64,000 bases of DNA, taken from assembly GCA_051362555.1 (NCBI GenBank), contig CM120645.1, positions 9,796,001-9,860,000 of the forward strand, read 5' to 3'. The notes beneath the pieces are model-generated. The model worked only from the letters and a program-made list of their open reading frames with translations, was not told the DNA's origin and searched no databases. This document shows positions 1 to 9,485 of the stretch, in pieces; positions within the stretch are counted from its first letter, which is position 1; each line of letters begins with the position of its first letter. The position numbers and the translations under genes are program-made. This stretch comes from Lingula anatina (Eukaryota; Animalia; Brachiopoda).

Positions 1-23
1 TAAGTAAACAACATTAGGGATAC

Positions 24-3000
24 GTGCACAGCAATAAACAATCAGTCAATTCAAACAAAATTTTGGAACAACCTCAAATAGACATTTCAGCCTTGTTAAA
101 AGGTAATCCATTGGAACACAACTTGGTAGAAATTAGTGTAGGTAAACTTCAATTCAATGCTCTTGTAGACACAGGTGCTTCTGTATCATGCATTTCTAAA
201 AATCTAGTATCTAAACTGTGTCCCGATGTCAGTTATCAACCTTCATTTCTGAAAACTGTAAGAGGTGTAGGCGGTGAAAATCACCCAATCTTTGGTTGCA
301 TCATGCTGTCTTTTTCCATTGATAATACCACCTTTCATCACAAATTTCATGTCCTTGAACGTCTACCAAGGAATGTCATCTTAGGTATTGATTTCCTACA
401 GAATAATTCAGCATGTATGGACTTCAGTTCTAAAACCCTCACTTTCAAGGACAGCATAACAATTCCTACTCACCAACAACAACATTTTGGAATGGCCAGA
501 CCTGTTTCAGATACTACCATACCTCCCCAATCTGAAAGCTTAGTTCCCCTCAAAATATCAAGACACAAGAATGCAAAGTGTAAAACGTTCTTATTAGAAC
601 CAGCAGGGAATAAGTATTTCACTTCAAGGTGTGTTGTCAGTATGAATAATGGCAAGGTTTTGTGCAGGGTATATAATCCAACAAATAAAACAATCAAAAT
701 ATCCAAAAGGGAAGTGTTAGCAAAAGGATACCACATAGATGAAGACAGTGTTTCAGCTTTACAAGAGAAAACGGAAGTCCATAAAGAGATGGGTGCTCCA
801 ACTTGCAATGAAAAAGAAAAGAAACAGTCAGATGAAATAGCTATTGTGGATACATGTATCATGCAAACAATCCAGAATGATGACGGTCCTTCAAAACAGA
901 GAGTTAAGTGGGGTGAAGACAAAGTGAAAATAGCAGAAAGCATAGGCATAGATTTACAAAATGCAGATTTAACTGAAGATCAAAAATACCAATTATCAGA
1001 CCTCATAGGTAAATACCGCTCTGTTTTTGCCACGGACCTCTCGGAATTGGGTAAAGCAAATGTAGCCCCTCACAAAATAGAGACAGGAAACGCACCACCA
1101 CAGAGACAAAGATTCTATAGACAAACACCAGAAAAGAGACAAGAGACCCTCAAACAAACACAACAGATGCTGGACAATGACATCATAGAACCTTCTACCT
1201 CTCAGTGGGCTGCACCAGTGGTTTTAGTGCAAAAGAAAGATGGAACGTATAGATTTGCAGTGGACTACAGAAGATTAAACAGTGTGACTGAACCAATAAG
1301 CTGGCCACTACCACGGTTAGAAGACATCCACGAGACCGTAGGAGAAGCAAAAGCTAAGTTCTATTCTTCACTTGATATGGCCTCTGGATACTGGCAGATA
1401 CCCTTGGACCCACTGACCAAAGAGAAAACATCCTTTGTCACTCACAATGGCCAATACCAATTCAAACGCTTACCTTTCGGCCTTCGGAATTCGGGTACAA
1501 CCTATCAACAGATCATGTCACAAATATTGCAGGATTTAAATTGGAAAATCGCACTTGCCTACATTGATGATATTTTAGTTTTCAGCCAGACATTTGACCA
1601 ACATTTGTACCATTTAGAACTTGTCTTCCAAAAGCTTCAAGCAGCAAATCTAACTCTTAAACCTGCAAAATGCAAATTTGCCTCAAAGAAAATCCACTTT
1701 TTAGGCCATGTTTTATCAAAAGAAGGAATACAAGTAGACCAACAAAAAATTGAGGCAGTTAAGTCTTTTTCAACCCCCAAAACAGTCTCACAGGTACGTA
1801 GTTTCTTAGGCCTCACAAACTATTACCGAAAATTTGTCAAAGACTATGCTAAAATTGCAACACCTCTGCACGTTTTAACCCGAAAAGACCAAAAGTTTGA
1901 ATGGACGAGTGAGTGTGAAAAGGCATTCCAACACCTGAAGCAAGCTTTAACAACTACTCCAATTTTGGCATTTCCGGATGTTTCGAAACCTTTTAAACTG
2001 ACAACCGATGCCTCAGGTACAGCAATTGGGTATATGCTTAGCCAGAAAGATGAGCATAATAAGGAGCATGCTATTGCATATGGAGGAAGAGCCTTAAGTA
2101 GACTGGAGCAGCAGCGCTTCCTTTCCCCTTCGGAATTAGAATGCCTTGCTCTAGTTGAAGGTATAAAGGCATATGAACATTTTCTTGCAAACAAGAAATT
2201 TGAAGTTTACACAGATCACCAACCATTAAAGTGGTTAAATAGTAAAAAGTCATCCAACCAAAGGCTCCAGAGATGGTCTATCTATCTTCAAGATTTTGAC
2301 TTTGAAGTTGTTTATACAAAGGGCGCTACAAATCCTGCCGACTGTCTTTCAAGGCAAACTTATCCAGAAAACCCAGAAGAACAAGACATTGAGGACAAAT
2401 TCCACAAGGCAGACATTGTTACCGTAGAAACAAGCAAAATGCTTAAAGATTTACATGAAATAACATTTATATATCAGACAGAAGCCCCTTGTATTATAGC
2501 TCAAATAGATGGCGCCCTTAAAAAGGCACAGTATCAGTGCTCAGATATTAGAGAAATAATAGAAAATATCAAATCAAACAAGTTCCCTCATTCAGCCCAA
2601 CAAGAATTCCACAAAAACAAATTCATGCTAGATGAAGGAGGTGTGCTTCATTACCTGTACCAACCCAGAAATGAAAGAAAGAACAATGAGGGAAGAACAA
2701 AACAACTACTTGTAGTGCCTCCAGGTTATCGAAAAGAACTTCTACAAGCATACCATGATACACCAGCAGGCGGAGCTCATCAAGGTTTTGACAGGACTCT
2801 TGATGCAATTAGATTGCATTACTATTGGCCAGGAATGTACAAAGACATCCAAAATTACATTCAGTCATGTGACACCTGTCAAAGGTCGAAAAGACATTAC
2901 CATGCTCGCCCAGCACCTATGCAGCCTCTACCTGTCTCAGATGTCATGGAGAGATGGCACATTGATATACTTGGACCCTTGACGAAAACAAAAGAAGGTT

Positions 3001-4064
3001 ACCAGTATATCTTGCTAGTAGTTGAATCATTTTCAAAATACCCAGAAGCATTTCCTTTGTATACTCAAAATGCCAAAGAAGTTGCAGAAGTTCTGTATAC
3101 TCATATCTTCACTCGATATGGTGCACCACGCTCCCTTGTTTCAGATAGAGGTCAAAATTTCAGATCAAAGCTGGTACAAGCTATTTCTGAACTGTTCCAA
3201 GTCAAGCAGGTTTTCACTAGTAGTTACCATCCTCAAACAAATGCTGTCTGTGAAAGAACAAATGGTTTCATTGGACAAACTCTTAGGGCATATGCAGACA
3301 AGAAACAAACCAACTGGCCAAAAGTCCTCCCGTCCATCCTAATGGCTTATCGCAAAACACCTGGAACAGCCACAGGCTTCTCCCCATATTTCTTGCTGTA
3401 CGGACGTGAAATGAGGACACCATTTGATTTGAAAATGGCACCCAGAAATAAACTGCCAAGTTCCATTAAAGAATATGTGGCAGAACATTTAGAAACACTA
3501 GAATGGGGCAGAGAAGTAGCAGAAAAGAACAAACTGCAAGCCAGTGAAGCCAACAGAAAACGGTATGATAAAAGAGCTAAAGAACCAAAGTTTGGAGTGG
3601 GAGACTTAGTGCTGTTACACAACACGGCAGTTCCAGTAGGACTGAAAAAGAAGCTGCACAAAGAATATACAGGACCTTACAGGATTCTAAGAAAAACAGG
3701 ACCCACAAACTTCCTTCTCCGAAGATGTGATAACAACAAACAAAAGGGTCCTGTGCATGCTAACAGACTAAAACCATACCATGAACCTGAGGAAAGACAA
3801 ACAATAAGAAACCAGGAAAACCAACCAAATGTTACAAATCAACCACAAGAACAGAACAGAAATGTGAAACAAATAGAAAAAATTCTTGAGTGCAGTCACT
3901 ACAAAACGGGCCATGTTTATAGGGTAAAATTTAAGGATATACGTAGGACAGAATGGGTACATGAAGAAATGGTACCAGCACAAATGAAAAGAGAGTTTCA
4001 CAATACCAAAACTTTCAAGGGCAAAGTAAGGAAAAGACCTGCAGTTGTCAGGTTAAAGAAGTAG
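24..4064 (+). CDS. pol: Pol polyprotein (aspartic protease, RT, RNase H, integrase, C-terminal chromo-like domain), 1346 aa, no true ATG start
   Basis: Protease LVDTGAS and ILGIDFL. RT FAVDYRRLN, LPFGL, YIDD. RNase H TDAS..., ELECLAL, YTDHQPL, ADCLSR. Integrase H-x6-H...C-x2-C, WHIDILGP, SDRG, CERTN. GPY motif. The frame is open from 18, after an in-frame TAG at 15-17. Confidence 0.97.
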   Translation: MHSNKQSVNSNKILEQPQIDISALLKGNPLEHNLVEISVGKLQFNALVDTGASVSCISKNLVSKLCPDVSYQPSFLKTVRGVGGENHPIFGCIMLSFSIDNTTFHHKFHVLERLPRNVILGIDFLQNNSACMDFSSKTLTFKDSITIPTHQQQHFGMARPVSDTTIPPQSESLVPLKISRHKNAKCKTFLLEPAGNKYFTSRCVVSMNNGKVLCRVYNPTNKTIKISKREVLAKGYHIDEDSVSALQEKTEVHKEMGAPTCNEKEKKQSDEIAIVDTCIMQTIQNDDGPSKQRVKWGEDKVKIAESIGIDLQNADLTEDQKYQLSDLIGKYRSVFATDLSELGKANVAPHKIETGNAPPQRQRFYRQTPEKRQETLKQTQQMLDNDIIEPSTSQWAAPVVLVQKKDGTYRFAVDYRRLNSVTEPISWPLPRLEDIHETVGEAKAKFYSSLDMASGYWQIPLDPLTKEKTSFVTHNGQYQFKRLPFGLRNSGTTYQQIMSQILQDLNWKIALAYIDDILVFSQTFDQHLYHLELVFQKLQAANLTLKPAKCKFASKKIHFLGHVLSKEGIQVDQQKIEAVKSFSTPKTVSQVRSFLGLTNYYRKFVKDYAKIATPLHVLTRKDQKFEWTSECEKAFQHLKQALTTTPILAFPDVSKPFKLTTDASGTAIGYMLSQKDEHNKEHAIAYGGRALSRLEQQRFLSPSELECLALVEGIKAYEHFLANKKFEVYTDHQPLKWLNSKKSSNQRLQRWSIYLQDFDFEVVYTKGATNPADCLSRQTYPENPEEQDIEDKFHKADIVTVETSKMLKDLHEITFIYQTEAPCIIAQIDGALKKAQYQCSDIREIIENIKSNKFPHSAQQEFHKNKFMLDEGGVLHYLYQPRNERKNNEGRTKQLLVVPPGYRKELLQAYHDTPAGGAHQGFDRTLDAIRLHYYWPGMYKDIQNYIQSCDTCQRSKRHYHARPAPMQPLPVSDVMERWHIDILGPLTKTKEGYQYILLVVESFSKYPEAFPLYTQNAKEVAEVLYTHIFTRYGAPRSLVSDRGQNFRSKLVQAISELFQVKQVFTSSYHPQTNAVCERTNGFIGQTLRAYADKKQTNWPKVLPSILMAYRKTPGTATGFSPYFLLYGREMRTPFDLKMAPRNKLPSSIKEYVAEHLETLEWGREVAEKNKLQASEANRKRYDKRAKEPKFGVGDLVLLHNTAVPVGLKKKLHKEYTGPYRILRKTGPTNFLLRRCDNNKQKGPVHANRLKPYHEPEERQTIRNQENQPNVTNQPQEQNRNVKQIEKILECSHYKTGHVYRVKFKDIRRTEWVHEEMVPAQMKREFHNTKTFKGKVRKRPAVVRLKK

Positions 4065-4311
4065 AAGCTACATCTGTACACACAAGTAAATAGGGCAGGT
4101 ACACAGAAGGAGAAATTACTAGGGTTATCGGCAATTAGTAACACTAGATAGAATCGTAAAGTTACAAAGTGCATGTTGTACAAACCCCCAAGACTGTAAC
4201 CTAGCCAGGCATAAACAAACTAAGGTACCATCTATACCCTCCTGTCTTTCATTCTTTAGCCAAATACTCACAGTGGTGCAGGCACCAATGTTATTGTAGG
4301 CGGCAAATCCT

Positions 4312-4335
4312 ATTATTTCACTCATCTTTCTTCAG
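4312..4335 (+). promoter_or_regulatory. Candidate splice acceptor for a subgenomic env mRNA
   Basis: Pyrimidine tract ttatttcactcatctttcttCAG|G lies directly upstream of the ATG-less env frame. Confidence 0.65.
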
Positions 4336-6755
4336 GTACCAAAGGATGTTTTTGCAAGGAAAGGACACAGTCAACCCAGACCCAAGAGCATGCAATTTTT
4401 AGGCTGCTGTATATACTGATAGGCATCACCATATTGGCAACATTAACGCCAGTGAAAGCTGAAACATTACATCGGGTAAATTATGGGGTTCTCTTTGAGA
4501 AAAAAACAAAAATGATGGTTGCTACAGATTACTGGTTACATACTTTTGAAGTTCAGTTACCACATGTATTAGTTCAACCTCTATTCAATTTATCTTGCTC
4601 ACTAAAGCATCATAGTAAAAAGACATGTAGTTTAATAGATAAGGCTTTAAGAGAATCAAAGAGGATATTTGTAGAAACAGAAAAGAACATCGAACATCTA
4701 GTGGAACGAATCGAAAGGATCTTGCCAAATGCAAGGCATAAGAGATCAGTTCTTCCATTTATAGGTTCAATTAGTAAATCTCTCTTCGGTACAGCAACAG
4801 AGTCAGATGTAAATCGTGTCATACAACATGTAAACATACTACAAGAGAGGCAACAAAAAGCACTCCAATCTTTTGCACGGTTAGCACATACCTTTTCTTC
4901 AGCAACAGCTTTACAAAATTCCCGACTAGATAACATGGTCAAGGCAATTACTAATAATCATGACTTAGCTATGACTTTAGGAGGAGATGTGAAAATAGTA
5001 GAAGAAGAGTTACAGTTTACCTTTAGGACTATGGCAAAACTTATGCAACAATCCACCCTAGCAGCTAAGATTGCAAACAGAATAGAGAACATGTTAATTG
5101 GTTTTGATGAATTAATCCACGGCAAGCTGTCACCATCTATCATTTCTCCACATATACTTACAAAAACACTGCAAAATATTAGCCATGAATTGGGAGGATA
5201 TCAGAACATTGCATCTTTGGACTTAAGATATTATTACTCAGCAGGTCAAATAGCATTAACTAGGCATGACAAAACTGTCAGGATTACACTCAAGGTCCCC
5301 CTTTCACCACTTCAGCAACTTTTTACCCTTTATAATGTGCAAACATATCCTGTACCAATCAACCACAGTCTGAATTACTCATCACAACTTTTAGATTATC
5401 CAAACCTTATTGCCATAAGTTTAGACAACAACTATCATTTCCATCTATCAAAAGAAATTCAACCCCTTTGTTTAGGAGAAAATATTCAAGTCTGTTTCAT
5501 GACAAGATTGACAATACGCAAGGAAAGTTCATGTATCATGGCAGTGTACAATAGCAACAAAACTGCTATCAAAGACAAATGTAATTTCAGACTTTTAAGT
5601 AAACGTTTGTCAAATTTAGTACCATTACAAAACAACCAGATTCTCATCCTAAACACATACAATGTGTCCATTAATTGTCCCAAAACAAAATATGTAATTC
5701 CAGGATGTGTGCACTGCATTGCTAATATCCCATGTTCCTGTTCAGTGCAGGATGAAACTTTTATGATCCCAGCCACTTCGTCTTGCCAGAAAGATCACAA
5801 CACTTCCACTATCTTACATGCTGTCAATCTCGCCGTCCTTCAACATTTCTTTGATTTAGAACAATTTTCAGACTTGGCAGCTGATACCCTTTTTGAAGAA
5901 TCTCCTCAGACTGTTATTCCAAAGTTGCAAATATTTCAACATAACTTTTCTCACATAATTGCTCAAGATGAACTGACTCATGTAAGTCTGAAACGTGTAG
6001 CAGAGGCTGCGAAACAAGATAGCACTATTTTCCGCACATTGGCTGAGCCTATCTTGTCAGGGCATATTCCAGTACAACCTCAAGATATTTTCGAAGACTG
6101 GAAAACTATACTTTCATGCATAGCTGTTGTCATGGCATCAATTTCCTTCCTTAGCATTCTAGGTTTCACATACAAACTCAAAGTTTTGTCCACTACAATC
6201 CTCACCTTACAGACAGCTAGAGCAGCATCTATTCCCTCATTCATTTATACAACTCCCTTTCCCATAGCAAACAAAAATGCCACTCATACAGAATTAACTC
6301 TGTATGACATGTTGTTTTTATTTCAAGGTATAATCTGGCTTGCTATCATTGTGTTTCTAGTTGTCATCAAATGTAGAAAATACATATGCAACAAAAACAT
6401 GCATCCCATCCTCTCATTAGAATTAGTCACTGTTGATTCATGCATTACCTTCCCTCTGACTAAACTGTCAGCCTGTCCACACAACTGGAAAATAGAGGCA
6501 ACTACTGTCTTCAAAAATATACAAGTCCAAGGTGTAGTTGCACCCACAATTCTTTTGGAATGGGACGACATTCACATTACAAATGTAAAAACAAATGAAG
6601 ATTGCCCATTGCCCTCAACTATCAGTGTCTTGCCTCATGTAGCCTGGTACCTCAAAAAGTTACTACAACACCCTTACGAAGCACACTTCTTTGTAGAACA
6701 TCATGGTTTCATAACTCCAATGACAATCACTCCTCACAACAGTGGCTCAGAGTAA
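4336..6755 (+). CDS. env: Envelope-like class I fusion glycoprotein (baculovirus F / errantivirus Env type); N-terminus probably supplied by splicing
   Basis: The frame is open from 4260 with no ATG before the signal-like segment IFRLLYILIGITILATLTPVKA. Furin site RHKR (4734-4745) is followed by fusion-peptide-like SVLPFIGSISKSLFGTATESD. It also has a heptad-rich region, a Cys-rich region, many N-x-S/T sites and two hydrophobic segments near the C-terminus. Confidence 0.88.
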
Positions 6756-7360
6756 ATATCTCCAAAATGGGAGACAAATAAGAATAAGTTAAAAAGTTTA
6801 TCCAAAACATATCAAAATGCTTGAATTGATTGATATTGTTGCTGTGCATTTACAATAAATTACAAGGGATAGCTGGACAAAGAGGTTCCCACTATACCAT
6901 TTCAGTATTGGTACATGTATATATTTGTAGAGAAGTTTATTTAGACATATGGAACTGATACATACAAATGTTAAATGCAATGTATACCTTAGCTTGTAAT
7001 GTGTAAATATAGATATGTGCTATATAACTGTTTTTCAATTCTTCATGAATGTAATATTACATGTTATTATGGTAATAGTAATGATACATATATTTTATTT
7101 CTTATATGCACCCTTAAATGCTTAAATAATACTGCATAAAACTAAATTTATTCAATATCTTCCCTTCAAAATGTGAAGTATTGTAATATACATACTAGTA
7201 TTATCATTATTCCATACTGCTTTTAAATATAATGTCCTTACCAATGCTTATCATTCAATATTCAATTTATGTACAAGATATTGGCCTTATAAGCAAACTC
7301 CCAATTAGTGACGGTGATTTCATGGTAAATATGAGGACATATTTAAAAGGGCCCCAGGGA

Positions 7361-7941
7361 TGTATCATAGAGGTGATTTCATGGCCAAATTTAATTTCAG
7401 AAAATCCCTATTTTAGTTCAAGTTATATGTAATTAAATTATATTTAGATGTCCTAAAATTATATTAAGTGAATATTTAAGTAAATTACATTAAACTTCTA
7501 CATAAATCAAGTCAGATGTCAGTGTATAATAAATGTATTTAGATGTCCAAGTTAAAATTACATTAAAGTTCTGCAGGATGTTTTCAGGACTGAATAACTT
7601 CATTTATGGCTTCATCTTCTAGTTAAAGTTTAAATCAGCCTTGGTCTAATTGTGTTAAAGGTCTCCTGCAATATGTCTTAATTCTGTTAATTGGCTTCAA
7701 TATCTCTGACTTGCTTAAGGAATCACTGTAATGTAATTGTCCTTGTGTATTAGTATATAAGGAGAAGAATTTGCAATATACTGTCATTAGAGTCTTGTGT
7801 CTTCACATGAAGTAGTCAGAAGTAGTGTAGAGTAGAACATATAGTCAGCAGAAAGAAGTGGACCAGTGACACCAATACCTGGATTGTACAGAATAAAGGT
7901 AGAGATCACACAGATTGTAGTGAGTCTCTAGAAACGTAACA
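7361..7941 (+). repeat. 3' LTR (~580 bp)
   Basis: Starts TGT right after AAAAGGGCCCCAGGGA (PPT-like, 7345-7360). TATATAA at ~7754-7760, AATAAA at 7892-7897, ends CGTAACA at 7941. The partner LTR is outside the window, so the boundaries are inferred. Confidence 0.72.
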
Positions 7942-8614
7942 ACGGCTTGGTGTTAGAGGTCACACAGAGATTAGGCGAGTTCAGAAAATAAAAAAGAATT
8001 AAGAGAAAGAAGAAAAAATTTTAAAAATTAGCAGCAAGATTTCAGCATTTTAGTTCATTTTAAAATACTAAAATATATTCTACCCATGAGGGTCTGAAAC
8101 ATTACAGATTGAGGGATTCAAGTCCTTTAAGCTTATGGGATTATTAGAATATTGATTTCCAAAATATGACACCATTTCATAAATCATCTGTTATTAACTT
8201 GTCAGTGTACATAAACACCATGTGAAGGGACAGGTAATTTCAAAGTGTTGCATCCCTGATTGATATTTCAAACCCAATACATTCTGACATCATGTTATTC
8301 AATTTCAAACCTATATAAAAAAAGAAGAAAAAGAAAAAAAAAAGAAAAGAAAAATAAGGAAAACATCTACATCTTTGATAGCAAAAACCAGACACATAAG
8401 GCGGCTATGCATTTCATTTTAAACTAATGTCCCCCCTACTGCAGTTTCCTTAATCTATCATTATAAATAGAAATATTTAACCTGCACATCACACCACATG
8501 CCATGCATGTAGGCTAAAGTCACTCCATGAGTCTGCTGTTTGATAATATCAAGAATATATTACAAAAACATTCTTGATAACATCTTTTAGGTGCTTAGGT
8601 CAAAATATTTTTGC

Positions 8615-8617
<3 letters not shown>

Positions 8618-8656
<39 letters not shown>

Positions 8657-8662
8657 AGAGAG
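8618..8662. repeat. (AC)n/(AG)n microsatellite
   Basis: Direct inspection. Confidence 0.95.
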
Positions 8663-8769
8663 GGGGGGGAGGGGTGTCTGAGAGAGTTGCATATGGTTCG
8701 ACTTCCATGGTTAGACAGCTAGATAACTACAGGCATCCATACGTTGTACAGGCACACTGGCACTGAAAA

Positions 8770-8770
<1 letters not shown>

Positions 8771-8800
<30 letters not shown>

Positions 8801-8828
8801 AACAGACCGACAGACAGAAAGACAGACA
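8771..8828. repeat. (GACA)n tetranucleotide repeat
   Basis: Direct inspection. Confidence 0.9.
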
Positions 8829-8879
8829 GGCCCATTGAAATGACAAAATCACACAACCAATTCTGAAACTGCCTTAATA

Positions 8880-9310
8880 TAACCTTGCCAAGGAGGTTAT
8901 ATTTGCATCTTCACCATTTGACTGTCTGTTTGTTTGTCTGTCTGTCTGTCTGTCACAAGCCTAACTGTAACTTGTGACACATAATGTAAGTTAATCATGA
9001 CCAGAAAATGGCTCTTCGACTTTTACATAAATAAAGAAAAAGAAAAAAATTTATTCAGTGGGGTTATCACGCATGTACATAAAGTAATTCCATATCATGA
9101 AATGTGATCAAATAAAAGGTCTGTTTGTTTGTCTGTCTGTCTGTCTGTCTGTCACCAGCCTAACTCTAAAAGTTTAGGATGGATTTTGATGAAATTTTCA
9201 GGATAGGTTACAAATGGACTGACTTAAAAGTGATTACATTTTGGTGACAATGCATTCATTCATTAATGTTTTAATAGTTATAGATAAATTTTTTGTCTTG
9301 GCAGAGTTAG
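8880..9310 (+). mobile_element. Non-autonomous Helentron-associated (HINE/DINE-1-like) element, interrupted by a copy of its downstream flank
   Basis: 5' ACCTTGCCAAGGAGGTTAT, an internal (GTCT/GTTT)n microsatellite, core ggattttgatgaaattttcagga, and 3' subterminal inverted copy CTTGGCAGAG at ~9297-9306. This layout is typical of HINE-type elements. Confidence 0.6.
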
Positions 9311-9485
9311 AAATTGCTGTTCACCTTAACTTGTGACACATAATGTAATTAAGTTAATCATGACCAGAAAATGGCTCTTCGACTTTTACATAAATAAAGA
9401 AAAAGAAAAAAAAATTTATTCAGTGGGGTTTTCACGCATGTACATCAAGTAATTCCATATCATGAAATGTGATCAAATAAAAGGT
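8968..9485 (+). repeat. ~155-bp direct duplication (8968-9120 and 9327-9485)
   Basis: Both copies read taacttgtgacacataatgtaa...gatcaaataaaaggt with only a few differences. Confidence 0.92.

Larger units (their letters stand above)
1..7941 (+). mobile_element. Ty3/Gypsy (Metaviridae-like) LTR retroelement carrying an env gene; 5' LTR and gag lie left of the window
   Basis: Domain order PR-RT-RH-IN is the Gypsy order. A separate env-like ORF follows, then a PPT-like tract and a TGT...ACA LTR with TATA and AATAAA. Confidence 0.95.

Noticed and set aside
4173-4298. 41-codon ATG ORF between pol and env, with a possible donor AAG|GTACCA
   Set aside because: Short, has no motif, and the donor phase (0) does not match the env acceptor (phase 1).
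470-6571. Numerous 60-160 aa ORFs antisense to or overlapping pol and env
   Set aside because: Shadow frames of long real ORFs with no motifs of their own.
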